This document shows, one piece after another, positions 1 through 7,106 of a stretch of DNA of 32,000 bases. The position numbers and the translations under genes are program-made. Every line of letters begins with the position of its first letter. Within the stretch, counting starts at the first letter, position 1. Origin of the DNA: Micrococcus luteus NCTC 2665 (GTDB lineage Bacteria; Actinomycetota; Actinomycetes; Actinomycetales; Micrococcaceae); contig NC_012803.1 of NCBI RefSeq assembly GCF_000023205.1, positions 720,001 through 752,000 of the forward strand. Reading direction: 5' to 3'. Under the pieces are notes generated by a model. That model searched no databases. It was not told the origin of the DNA and saw only the letters and a program-made list of their open reading frames with translations.

Positions 1-699
1 GCCGCGGTCGCCATCGCCTACGCCCGTGAGGGCGCGGACGTCGCCATCGCCTACCTGCCTCAGGAGCAGCCCGACGCCGACCGCGTCCTGGCGGCGATCG
101 AGGCGGCCGGGCGCACCGCCGTCGCGCTGCCGGGGGACCTGATGGACGCGGACTACCGTGCCGCCCTCGTGGACGAGGCGGCGAAGCGCCTCGGCGGCCT
201 GGACATCCTCGTGAACAACGCGGGCAAGCAGTTCATCTCCGATGACCTGACCGATCTCACCGACGAGCAGGTCCACGAGACGTTCCAGATCAACATCATG
301 TCCATGTTCACGCTCAGCCGCGCCGCGCTGAAGCACATGGGCCCGGGCAGCACGATCGTGAACACCACCTCGGTGCAGGCCTACAACCCCAACCCGAGGC
401 TCCTCGACTACGCCGCCACCAAGGGCGCCATCAACAACTTCACCAAGGGCCTGGCCGAGCAGCTCGGCCCGAAGGGCATCCGCGTCAACGCGGTGGCGCC
501 CGGGCCCATCTGGACGGTGCAGCACGTGTCCTACGGTGAGCCCGAGGAGAAGCTGCCCGAGTTCGGCCACAGCACCCCCATCGGCCGCGCCGGCCAGCCC
601 GTGGAGATGGCGCCCGCCTATGTGTTCCTGGCCTCGGGCGAGTCCAGCTACGTCAACGGCGAGACCCTGAACGCCAACGGCGGCACGCCCACCCCGTGA
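1..699 (+). CDS. SDR-family short-chain dehydrogenase/reductase; 5' end lies outside the window
   Basis: Frame 1 is open from base 1 (AAVAIAYAREGADVAIAYL...) and runs into the listed ORF 142..699. It has NNAG, a YAATK (YxxxK) catalytic motif and PGPIWT, all typical of classical SDRs. Confidence 0.85.
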   Translation, partial: AAVAIAYAREGADVAIAYLPQEQPDADRVLAAIEAAGRTAVALPGDLMDADYRAALVDEAAKRLGGLDILVNNAGKQFISDDLTDLTDEQVHETFQINIMSMFTLSRAALKHMGPGSTIVNTTSVQAYNPNPRLLDYAATKGAINNFTKGLAEQLGPKGIRVNAVAPGPIWTVQHVSYGEPEEKLPEFGHSTPIGRAGQPVEMAPAYVFLASGESSYVNGETLNANGGTPTP

Positions 700-1766
700 C
701 CGCCCGCCTCCTCGCCGACGTCGACACCGGCATCGACGATGCCTGCGCCCTGCTCCACCTCGTGGGCGCCCACCGCCTCGGCGCCGGCCCCGAGCTCGTG
801 GCCGTCACCACCACGGGCGGCAACGCGACCGCCCGGGACTGCGCCCTGAACACGGCCGCGGTGCTGGACCTGGTCGGCCGGGCCGACGTCGAGGTGGCCG
901 TCGGTGCCGAGACCCCGCTGCGCCGGCCCGCGGTCACCACCCCGGAGACCCACGGCGACGGCGGTCTCGGCCATGCCCGGATCGATCGGCGCCCTGAGTG
1001 GCTCTCGCCCCGGCCCGCCGTGGAGGTGTGGCTGGACGAGCTTCGGGCCCACCCCGGGGAGACGACGATCCTCTGCACCGCGCCGCTGACGAACCTGGCC
1101 CTCGCGCTGCGCGTCGAGCCGCGCCTGCCGTTCCTCGCCCGCGGCATCGTGATCATGGGCGGCTCCTTCTATCATCCGGGCAACACCACGCCCACCGCCG
1201 AGTGGAACACCTGGGTGGACCCGGACGCCGCGAAGGAGGTGTTCGCGGCCTTCGAGGGCCTGCCCGAGGATCGCCTGCCGGTGGTGTGCGCGCTCGAGAC
1301 CACGGAGCGGATCGAGTACACGCCGGCCCTGCTGGACGGCCTCCTGGCCGACGCCGGGGCCAGCCCCGTCGGCTGGTCCGCGGACCGACCGCGGGTCGCC
1401 GGGCCGGCCGCCGCGACCGGCCGCCCCGTCCTGGACGTGCTCGCCGACGCGCTGCGCTTCTACTTCGAGTTCCACCACGACTACGACCAGGGCTACATCG
1501 CCCACCTGCACGACCTCTTCGCCGCCCAGGTGGCCGCGGGCCAGGCCCGCATCGCCACCCGGGCCACCGTCGTCGACGTCGAGGCGGACTCGGAGCTGCT
1601 GCGCGGCACCACCGTCCACGACACGCGGGACATCTGGGGCAGGCGCCCCAACGCCCGGCTCGTCACGGCCAACGACCCCGCGGAGGTGTTCGCGGCCTTC
1701 GCCCGCGCGGTGGGCGCCGTCGTCGCGGAGGAGCGGACGTCCGACGGCGGCGCCCCGGCCCGGTGA
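696..1766 (+). CDS. Inosine/uridine-preferring nucleoside hydrolase family protein
   Basis: 356-aa ORF. The N-terminal DVDTGIDDACAL matches the DxDxxxDD nucleoside-hydrolase signature. The GTG start overlaps the upstream stop (GTGA), suggesting translational coupling. Confidence 0.85.
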   Translation: MTARLLADVDTGIDDACALLHLVGAHRLGAGPELVAVTTTGGNATARDCALNTAAVLDLVGRADVEVAVGAETPLRRPAVTTPETHGDGGLGHARIDRRPEWLSPRPAVEVWLDELRAHPGETTILCTAPLTNLALALRVEPRLPFLARGIVIMGGSFYHPGNTTPTAEWNTWVDPDAAKEVFAAFEGLPEDRLPVVCALETTERIEYTPALLDGLLADAGASPVGWSADRPRVAGPAAATGRPVLDVLADALRFYFEFHHDYDQGYIAHLHDLFAAQVAAGQARIATRATVVDVEADSELLRGTTVHDTRDIWGRRPNARLVTANDPAEVFAAFARAVGAVVAEERTSDGGAPAR

Positions 1767-1846
1767 CCGCCGTCGGGAATGCCGGCCGCCCGCGCGCGGT
1801 TGCATCCGACGCATCCGCCCGACCCCGACCTTCCAGGAGCTCCCTC

Positions 1847-2680
1847 ATGACCAGCGTGTCCACCGTTCCCTTCCACGACGGCCAGCAGATCCCGCAGCTC
1901 GGACTCGGCGTGTGGCAGGTCGAGGACGACGTCGCCGCCGACGTCGTCGAGCAGGCGATCCGCGCCGGCTACCGCCACATCGACACCGCCGCGATCTACG
2001 GGAATGAGGAGGGCGTGGGCCGCGGCATCGCCGCGTCCGGCGTCGCCCGCGAGGAGCTGTTCCTCACCACCAAGGTGTGGAACTCGGACCAGGGCTACGA
2101 GGAGGCGCTCGCCGCCCTCGACGTCTCGCTCGACAAGCTCGGCACCGACTACGTCGACCTCTACCTCATCCACTGGGCCAAGCCGGCGCAGGGGAAGTAC
2201 GTGGACACCTGGAAGGCCCTGATCGAGGCGCAGAAGCAGGGCAAGGTGCGCTCGATCGGCGTCTCCAACTTCCCGGCCGCCCAGCTCGAGGAGATCATCG
2301 AGGCCACCGGCGTGGTGCCCGTGATCCACCAGGTCGAGACCCACCCGTACTGGCAGCAGCGCGAGCTGCGCGAGGTCGAGGGCCGACACGGCATCGTCCA
2401 CGAGTCCTGGTCCCCGCTCGGTCAGGGCGGCGACCTCCTCGCCGACCCCGTGGTCACGGAGATCGCCGAGGCCCGCGGTGCGACGCCGGCCCAGGTGGTC
2501 ATCGCGTGGCACCTCGCCCACGGCTTCGTGGTCATCCCCAAGTCCGTGACGCCCGAGCGCATCGTCTCGAACCTCGAGGCCGCGGGGGTGGAGCTGACCG
2601 CCGACGACGTCGCCCGGATCGACGCCCTCGACCGCGAGGACGGCCGCCTCGGCCCCGACCCGGCGGTCATCGACTTCTGA
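1847..2680 (+). CDS. Aldo/keto reductase (2,5-diketo-D-gluconate reductase-like)
   Basis: I take the ATG at 1847 (MTSVSTVPFHDGQQIPQLGLGVWQ) inside the over-long listed ORF 998..2680. AKR motifs are present: GYRHIDTAAIYGNEE, LFLTTKVWN, DLYLIHW, IPKSVTPERI. Confidence 0.9.
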   Translation: MTSVSTVPFHDGQQIPQLGLGVWQVEDDVAADVVEQAIRAGYRHIDTAAIYGNEEGVGRGIAASGVAREELFLTTKVWNSDQGYEEALAALDVSLDKLGTDYVDLYLIHWAKPAQGKYVDTWKALIEAQKQGKVRSIGVSNFPAAQLEEIIEATGVVPVIHQVETHPYWQQRELREVEGRHGIVHESWSPLGQGGDLLADPVVTEIAEARGATPAQVVIAWHLAHGFVVIPKSVTPERIVSNLEAAGVELTADDVARIDALDREDGRLGPDPAVIDF

Positions 2681-2701
2681 TCCAGCCGCCACCGCGCGCA
2701 C

Positions 2702-2740
2702 CCGGCCCGTCCCCCCTGGGGGCGGGCCGGTGATAGTTTT
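2702..2740 (+). terminator. Intrinsic terminator after the aldo/keto reductase
   Basis: GC hairpin: ccggcccg(t)ccccc ... gggggcgggccgg (one bulge), followed by tgatagtttt, one of the very few T-runs in the window. Confidence 0.7.
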
Positions 2741-2812
2741 GCTCGAGCATGCCCGGCGGCCGCCGCGCCGCCCGGGCGCATCTGTCCAGGCACTCCACGG
2801 AAGGCATGCACC

Positions 2813-3736
2813 ATGTCCCACCAGGCTCCCCCCGCCGATGCGTCGAAGGCCCGCGCGCCGCGGACCGCCGTCCCGGTGACCCCGCAGACCCGCGCGAGCT
2901 CGCTGACCGACCTGCTCGGCGCCCTCGTGCGCCTGTTGCCCCTGCAGATCAAGGACGAGCTCGCGCTCGCCAAGAGACACGTGGCCGCGAAGGGCAAGAA
3001 GGCCGGCATCGGCGCCGGGGTCGCGGTGGTGGGCCTGTTCTTCCTCGCGCTCATGGTGGTCGCCCTCGTGGTGACCCTGATCGGCGCCTTCGCCGACCCG
3101 ACCTTCTGGTTCCCGGCGCTCATGGTGGCGCTGGCCTTCCTCGTGCTCGGCCTGATCTTCGCCGGCGTCGGCCTCGTGATGGTCAAGGGTGCCATGCCGC
3201 TCGTACCGCAGGAGACCGTGCGCAACCTCGAGTACGACCTCGGCTACCTCAAGGAGGGCAACGCCTTCGACCCGGCCGAGTACGACCGCCTCAAGGCGGA
3301 GCGCGCCGAGGCCAAGCGCGTCGAGGCCGCCCGCGAGGCCGAGCGGAGGAAGGTGGAGAAGGAGGAGAACAAGAAGGCCCGCAAGAACGGCGAGGCCGCT
3401 CCCCACCCGGGCCGTGACGACGCCACCGAGGCGGAGATCCGCCGTCGTGCCGACCTGCGCCGCCGCCACCTGGGCGACATCCGCTCCGGCCTGGACGAGA
3501 AGATCAGCGTGAAGGGCCAGCTCGCGGCCTTCGCCGCCCAGCGCAAGGGTCGCGGGGTCACCCCCGAGACCACGCACGCCACCGAGCAGACCGCGCCGTT
3601 CACCGGTGCCGCCCGCGCGGGGGAGCGGACCGCCGAGGCCGAGGACTACGTGAAGGACAACTGGCAGCCGCTCGCGCTGCTCGGCGCCTCCTCCGCCGCG
3701 TTCGTGGCGCTCGCCGGCCGCCTGCGCCGCCGCTGA
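2813..3736 (+). CDS. Membrane protein with an N-terminal actinobacterial Holin-X-like (DUF1469) module fused to a charged coiled region and a DUF3618-like C-terminal anchor
   Basis: 307-aa ORF with GGAAGG 9 nt upstream of the ATG. An amphipathic LLPLQIKDELALAKRHV segment is followed by two TM helices (GIGAGVAVVGLFFLALMVVALVV; WFPALMVALAFLVLGLIFAGVGLVMV). Then comes a K/E/R-rich stretch and the C-terminal NWQPLALLGASSAAFVALAGRLRRR. Confidence 0.6.
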   Translation: MSHQAPPADASKARAPRTAVPVTPQTRASSLTDLLGALVRLLPLQIKDELALAKRHVAAKGKKAGIGAGVAVVGLFFLALMVVALVVTLIGAFADPTFWFPALMVALAFLVLGLIFAGVGLVMVKGAMPLVPQETVRNLEYDLGYLKEGNAFDPAEYDRLKAERAEAKRVEAAREAERRKVEKEENKKARKNGEAAPHPGRDDATEAEIRRRADLRRRHLGDIRSGLDEKISVKGQLAAFAAQRKGRGVTPETTHATEQTAPFTGAARAGERTAEAEDYVKDNWQPLALLGASSAAFVALAGRLRRR

Positions 3737-3754
3737 CCCGAGGGCGCCCGCCCC

Positions 3755-3786
3755 CGAGGCCCCGATCCCCACGGATCGGGGCCTCG
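3755..3786 (+). terminator. Hairpin terminator after the Holin-X-like gene
   Basis: Perfect 14-bp stem cgaggccccgatcc / ggatcggggcctcg with a 4-nt loop (ccac), followed by tcgtctgc. Confidence 0.65.
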
Positions 3787-3815
3787 TCGTCTGCGGGGAG
3801 GGGTGACGGCGTCGG

Positions 3816-3821
3816 TAGGCT
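3816..3821 (+). promoter_or_regulatory. Candidate -10 element (TAGGCT) for the phosphatidyltransferase-GT4 pair
   Basis: A TAnnnT hexamer in the context cgtcggTAGGCTgggcg, 57 nt upstream of the start at 3878. The context is near-identical to that upstream of the tRNA (5734..5750). Confidence 0.5.
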
Positions 3822-3877
3822 GGGCGTGTGGGGCGCCCGGCGGGGGCGTCCGCCCGCGGACCCTGGAGGAGTGACCC

Positions 3878-4384
3878 ATGCGTGTGATCGACGTCGGCCT
3901 GCGCGAGGGCCACGAGTACCGCGTCCGCGACACCTGGCTGACCGTGCCGAACCTCATCACCCTGGCCCGCTTCGCCCTGGTGCCGGTGTTCGTGTGGCTC
4001 ACCGTCGACGGTCGGCACCTGGACGCGTTCGTGATCCTGGCGGTGCTCTCCGGCACGGACTGGGTGGACGGCTACGTGGCGCGCCGGTTCGACATGATCT
4101 CCACGGTCGGGCGGTGGCTCGACCCGGTGGCGGACCGCCTCTCCCTGCTGGTGGTGGCCGTGACGTTCGTGGCCACGGGCATCGCCCCGCTCTGGCTCGC
4201 CCTGGCCATCGCGATCCCGGACGTCGTGCTCGCCGCCGTGTGCCTGTGGCTGTTCGGCGGCAGCCCGGACCTGCCGGTCACGGTCCTGGGCAAGGTGCGC
4301 ACCGCGCTGCTGCTGGTGGGCAAGGCCCGCGGCCTGCGGGCGGACGGTCAGGACCCGCGCGAGGGCCCGTCCCGCCGGGGCTGA
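3878..4384 (+). CDS. CDP-alcohol phosphatidyltransferase family protein (PgsA/cardiolipin-synthase-like), short C-terminus
   Basis: 168-aa ORF carrying DWVDGYVARRFDMISTVGRWLDPVADRL, which matches DG(x)2AR(x)8G(x)3D(x)3D. It has several TM helices. Confidence 0.8.
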   Translation: MRVIDVGLREGHEYRVRDTWLTVPNLITLARFALVPVFVWLTVDGRHLDAFVILAVLSGTDWVDGYVARRFDMISTVGRWLDPVADRLSLLVVAVTFVATGIAPLWLALAIAIPDVVLAAVCLWLFGGSPDLPVTVLGKVRTALLLVGKARGLRADGQDPREGPSRRG

Positions 4385-4508
4385 CCCCGGCGCATGGTCG
4401 TGCCGGCGCCGACGGTTGCTACCGTGGGACGCGCGCCGTGCCCGCGGCCGATCCTCACGGCACGGGCCGGGCGCCGTCGTGCCATCGCCACCACAGAGAG
4501 GGACCTCC

Positions 4509-5729
4509 GTGTCCGACCGTCCCGGGATCGCCGCCGACCGCCCCCTGAAGGTGCTGATCGCTGCTGACACCTATCCGCCGCACGTCAACGGGGCCGCCAC
4601 CTCCGGCCACCGCCTCGCCACCGCGCTGCACGCGCGTGGCCACGAGGTCCACGTCGTGATGCCGCGCGGCGAGGCCGGCCCGGACACCGTGGAGCACCGG
4701 CCGGAGGCCACCGTGCACCTGCTGCGCTCCCTGCCGGCGCCGACGCACGAGTACTACCGCGTGGTGCTCCCGCGGCACGCCAAGACCTCCTTCCGCCGCA
4801 TCTACCGCGAGGTCCGGCCGGACGTCGTGCACGCCCAGTGCCACTACATGATCGGTGAGGCCGCCATCAACGAGGCCGAGCGGCGCCGCATCCGGATCGT
4901 CTCCACGAACCACTTCATGCCGGAGAACCTCGAGCCGTTCCTGCCGTTCCCGCAGTGGTTCCTGGACATCGTCTCCCGGGTGTCGTGGAAGGACATGGGT
5001 CGGCTCATGGGCAAGGGCGCGGTGGTCACCACCCCCACGGCCCTCGCCGCGCAGGCCATGGCCGAGCACGCCGGCCTGGACAACGTCCTCCCGGTCTCCA
5101 ACGGCATCGACGCGAGCGCCTACGAGCTGCAGCCGGGGGAGAGGGTGGACCATCCCGGCCATCCGGTCGTGCTCTTCGTGGGGCGGCTGGCCGTGGAGAA
5201 GAACGTGGAGGTGCTGATCCGTGCGATCGCGCACCTGGCCCGCACCCGTCCCGACCTGGACGTGCACGCCGAGATCGTCGGCGACGGCGAGCAGCGCGAC
5301 CGCATCCGTGCCACGGTGGACGAGGAGGGGGCGGCCGACCGCGTCCTGCTGCGCGGCCACGTCTCCGCGGAGGAGCTGCGGGCGGCCTACCTGCGCGCCG
5401 ACGTGTTCTGCCAGCCGGGCACGGCGGAGCTGCAGTCCCTCGTGACCCTCGAGGCGCTCAGCGCGTCCACCCCGGTGGTCCTCGCGGACGCCCTCGCGCT
5501 GCCCCACCTCGTGGACGAGGGCGTCAACGGCCACCTCTTCCCGCCCGGGGACCACGTGGCCCTGGCCGAGCGGATCGCCCGGATCCTCGACCTCTCGGAC
5601 GCGGAGCGCGCCGCCATGGGTGAGGCGTCCCACGCGAAGGCCCTGCACCATTCCGCCCAGAAGACGGTGGACATCTTCGAGCGCCTCTACCGCGGCGCGA
5701 CGGCCGCCGAGGTCCGCGCGCTGCTCTGA
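4509..5729 (+). CDS. GT4-family glycosyltransferase
   Basis: I take the GTG at 4509 (VSDRPGIAADRPLKVLIAADTYPPHVNGAA), preceded by GAGAGGGA, inside the listed ORF 4416..5729. GT4 features: FVGRLAVEKN and an E..(x)7E-like C-terminal motif (TLEALSASTPVV). Confidence 0.8.
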   Translation: MSDRPGIAADRPLKVLIAADTYPPHVNGAATSGHRLATALHARGHEVHVVMPRGEAGPDTVEHRPEATVHLLRSLPAPTHEYYRVVLPRHAKTSFRRIYREVRPDVVHAQCHYMIGEAAINEAERRRIRIVSTNHFMPENLEPFLPFPQWFLDIVSRVSWKDMGRLMGKGAVVTTPTALAAQAMAEHAGLDNVLPVSNGIDASAYELQPGERVDHPGHPVVLFVGRLAVEKNVEVLIRAIAHLARTRPDLDVHAEIVGDGEQRDRIRATVDEEGAADRVLLRGHVSAEELRAAYLRADVFCQPGTAELQSLVTLEALSASTPVVLADALALPHLVDEGVNGHLFPPGDHVALAERIARILDLSDAERAAMGEASHAKALHHSAQKTVDIFERLYRGATAAEVRALL

Positions 5730-5739
5730 GACCCGTCGG

Positions 5740-5745
5740 TAGGAT
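5740..5745 (+). promoter_or_regulatory. Candidate -10 element (TAGGAT) for the tRNA gene
   Basis: TAGGAT in the context cgtcggTAGGATgggcg, 30 nt upstream of the mature tRNA 5' end. Confidence 0.55.
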
Positions 5746-5774
5746 GGGCGGGTCCCGCGCGATGCCGCGGGGGA

Positions 5775-5848
5775 GGGGCGTTAGCTCAGTCGGTCAGAGC
5801 AGGGGACTCATAATCCCTGGGTCGCGGGTTCAAGTCCCGCACGCCCTA
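5775..5848 (+). tRNA. tRNA with CAT anticodon (Met by anticodon; the body resembles lysidine-modified tRNA-Ile2)
   Basis: Hand-folded cloverleaf. Acceptor ggggcgt/acgccct with a G1-U72 wobble. D stem gctc/gagc. Anticodon stem gggga/tccct, loop ctCATaa. T stem gcggg/cccgc, loop ttcaagt. Discriminator A. No CCA is encoded. Confidence 0.9.
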
Positions 5849-5854
5849 CGAGGA

Positions 5855-5895
5855 ACGGCCCCCGGCCGCGCGGTATGGCGCGGGCCGGGGGCCGT
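5855..5895. terminator. Bidirectional hairpin between the tRNA and the convergent NlpC/P60 gene
   Basis: 17/18-nt arms acggcccccggccgcgc / gcgcg(g)gccgggggccgt with one bulge and loop ggtatg. It sits between the two convergent 3' ends. Confidence 0.7.
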
Positions 5896-5909
5896 CGTCG
5901 TGCCGGTGC

Positions 5910-6794
5910 TCAGTAGCGGGCGGCCACCGCGAGCATGTCGGACTTCATGATCGTCGTGGAGGTGAACACCAGGCCCGCGTCCTCGTTGAGGGCGTGGGCA
6001 AGCTGGCCGCCGCCCATGTACATGGCCACGTGGTAGATGCGGCCGGTGGACTGGTTCGCGTAGAACACGAGGTCGCCGGGCTGGGCCTGGGAGATCGGCA
6101 CGTAGGACTTCGCGGCGAGGTACTGGTCGCCGGCGCGGCGCGGGATGGAGATGCCGGCCTGGGCCATGGCCTGCTGGGTGAGGCCGGAGCAGTCGAAGCC
6201 GGAGGGGCCGTTGCCGCCCCACACGTAGTAGGAGGACGGGTTCCGGACGGCGGCGCGCACGTAGTCGACGGCGGCCTGCTTGGACGCGGGCGCCGGCGCA
6301 GGGGCGACGGCGGGGGCGCTGGAGGTGGAGACCGAGGTGGTCTTCAGGACCATTCCCGGGTGGAGCATGGTTGAGGAGCTCATGCCGTTGATGGACTGCA
6401 GGACGGAGGCGGACACGCCCGCGCGGTAGGAGATGATCCACCAGCCGTCGCCGGCCAGCACGGTGTAGGTCGAGCCCGAGGTGGACGGCGCCGGGGCCGG
6501 GGCCGGGGTGGCGGTGCCGGAGGTCTTGAGGACCATGCCGGGGTGCAGCACGGTCGCGGCGGTCATGCCGTTGAGCGACTGCAGCGTGGACATGGAGACG
6601 CCGGTGCGCTGGGCGATGATCCACCAGCCGTCGCCGGAGCGGACGGTGTAGGTGGTCTCGGCGGCCTGGGCGGTCTCGGCGACGGACACGGTGCCGACGC
6701 CAGTCAGGGCGGCGGCGCCCAGGGCGAGCGCCACGGAGGCGGCGGCGGTGCGGGGGGCGGGACGCGCGGCGGCGTGCGGGGAGGTCACAGACAT
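5910..6794 (-). CDS. Secreted cell-wall hydrolase: signal peptide, two LysM domains and a C-terminal NlpC/P60 (C40) peptidase
   Basis: I take the ATG at 6794 (MSVTSPHAAARPAPRTAAASVALALGAAALTG...) inside the artefactually long listed ORF 5910..8507; product is 294 aa. Two LysM repeats (TYTVRSGDGWWIIAQRTGVS...HPGMVLK and TYTVLAGDGWWIISYRAGVS...HPGMVLK). NlpC/P60 core: YVWGGNGPSGFDCSGL ... HVAMY. Confidence 0.9.
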   Translation of the reverse strand: MSVTSPHAAARPAPRTAAASVALALGAAALTGVGTVSVAETAQAAETTYTVRSGDGWWIIAQRTGVSMSTLQSLNGMTAATVLHPGMVLKTSGTATPAPAPAPSTSGSTYTVLAGDGWWIISYRAGVSASVLQSINGMSSSTMLHPGMVLKTTSVSTSSAPAVAPAPAPASKQAAVDYVRAAVRNPSSYYVWGGNGPSGFDCSGLTQQAMAQAGISIPRRAGDQYLAAKSYVPISQAQPGDLVFYANQSTGRIYHVAMYMGGGQLAHALNEDAGLVFTSTTIMKSDMLAVAARY

Positions 6795-6965
6795 CAGATC
6801 TTCTTCCCGGACAGGACCTGCGGCCCGTGAGGATGGTGCCTCGGGGCGGTGCCCGGAACGAGGCCGGACCGCGGGTGCGAGTTGACGAGCAGTGCGGATG
6901 ACCGGGTACGCGAAGATGCGGAGGAAGCCCCGGCGTGGCGGACCGGCCATAACCGATCCGTGATC

Positions 6966-6993
6966 AGGATACACGATCGTTATCGAAACGCAA
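6966..6993 (-). promoter_or_regulatory. Candidate promoter for the NlpC/P60 gene (TTGCGT-N16-TATCCT on the minus strand)
   Basis: The minus strand reads TTGCGTttcgataacgatcgtgTATCCT, inside the only AT-rich patch of the 6795..7106 spacer. It implies a leader of roughly 165 nt. Confidence 0.4.
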
Positions 6994-7106
6994 TCAGAAA
7001 TTCGGATGACGCCCAGGTGGCCGCACGGTGCTCGACACCCCCCGCTCGGCACCCTCCGCGCGCGGCTGTCCCCGCCCCTCTCCGGCGCGGCGCTAGCGTG
7101 GTCCGG

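Noticed and set aside
1493-4570. 1025-aa ORF on the minus strand spanning four + strand genes
   Set aside because: Its translation is low-complexity Arg/Gly/Ala/Pro/His-rich with no recognisable motifs. It lies antisense to ORFs with clear family signatures (AKR, Holin-X-like, phosphatidyltransferase). This is the typical stop-poor antisense frame of very GC-rich DNA.
5775-5848. Initiator tRNA-fMet identity for the CAU tRNA
   Set aside because: Positions 1-72 form a G-U pair rather than the bacterial initiator C-A mismatch. The three G-C pairs occupy 28-30, with A31-U39 closing the stem, not 29-31.
6955-6975. Possible third CRP-like site (cGTGAtcaggaTACACg) in the NlpC/P60-GT4 spacer
   Set aside because: Only one half-site matches. 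The second half is out of register with TCACA at both N6 and N7 spacing.
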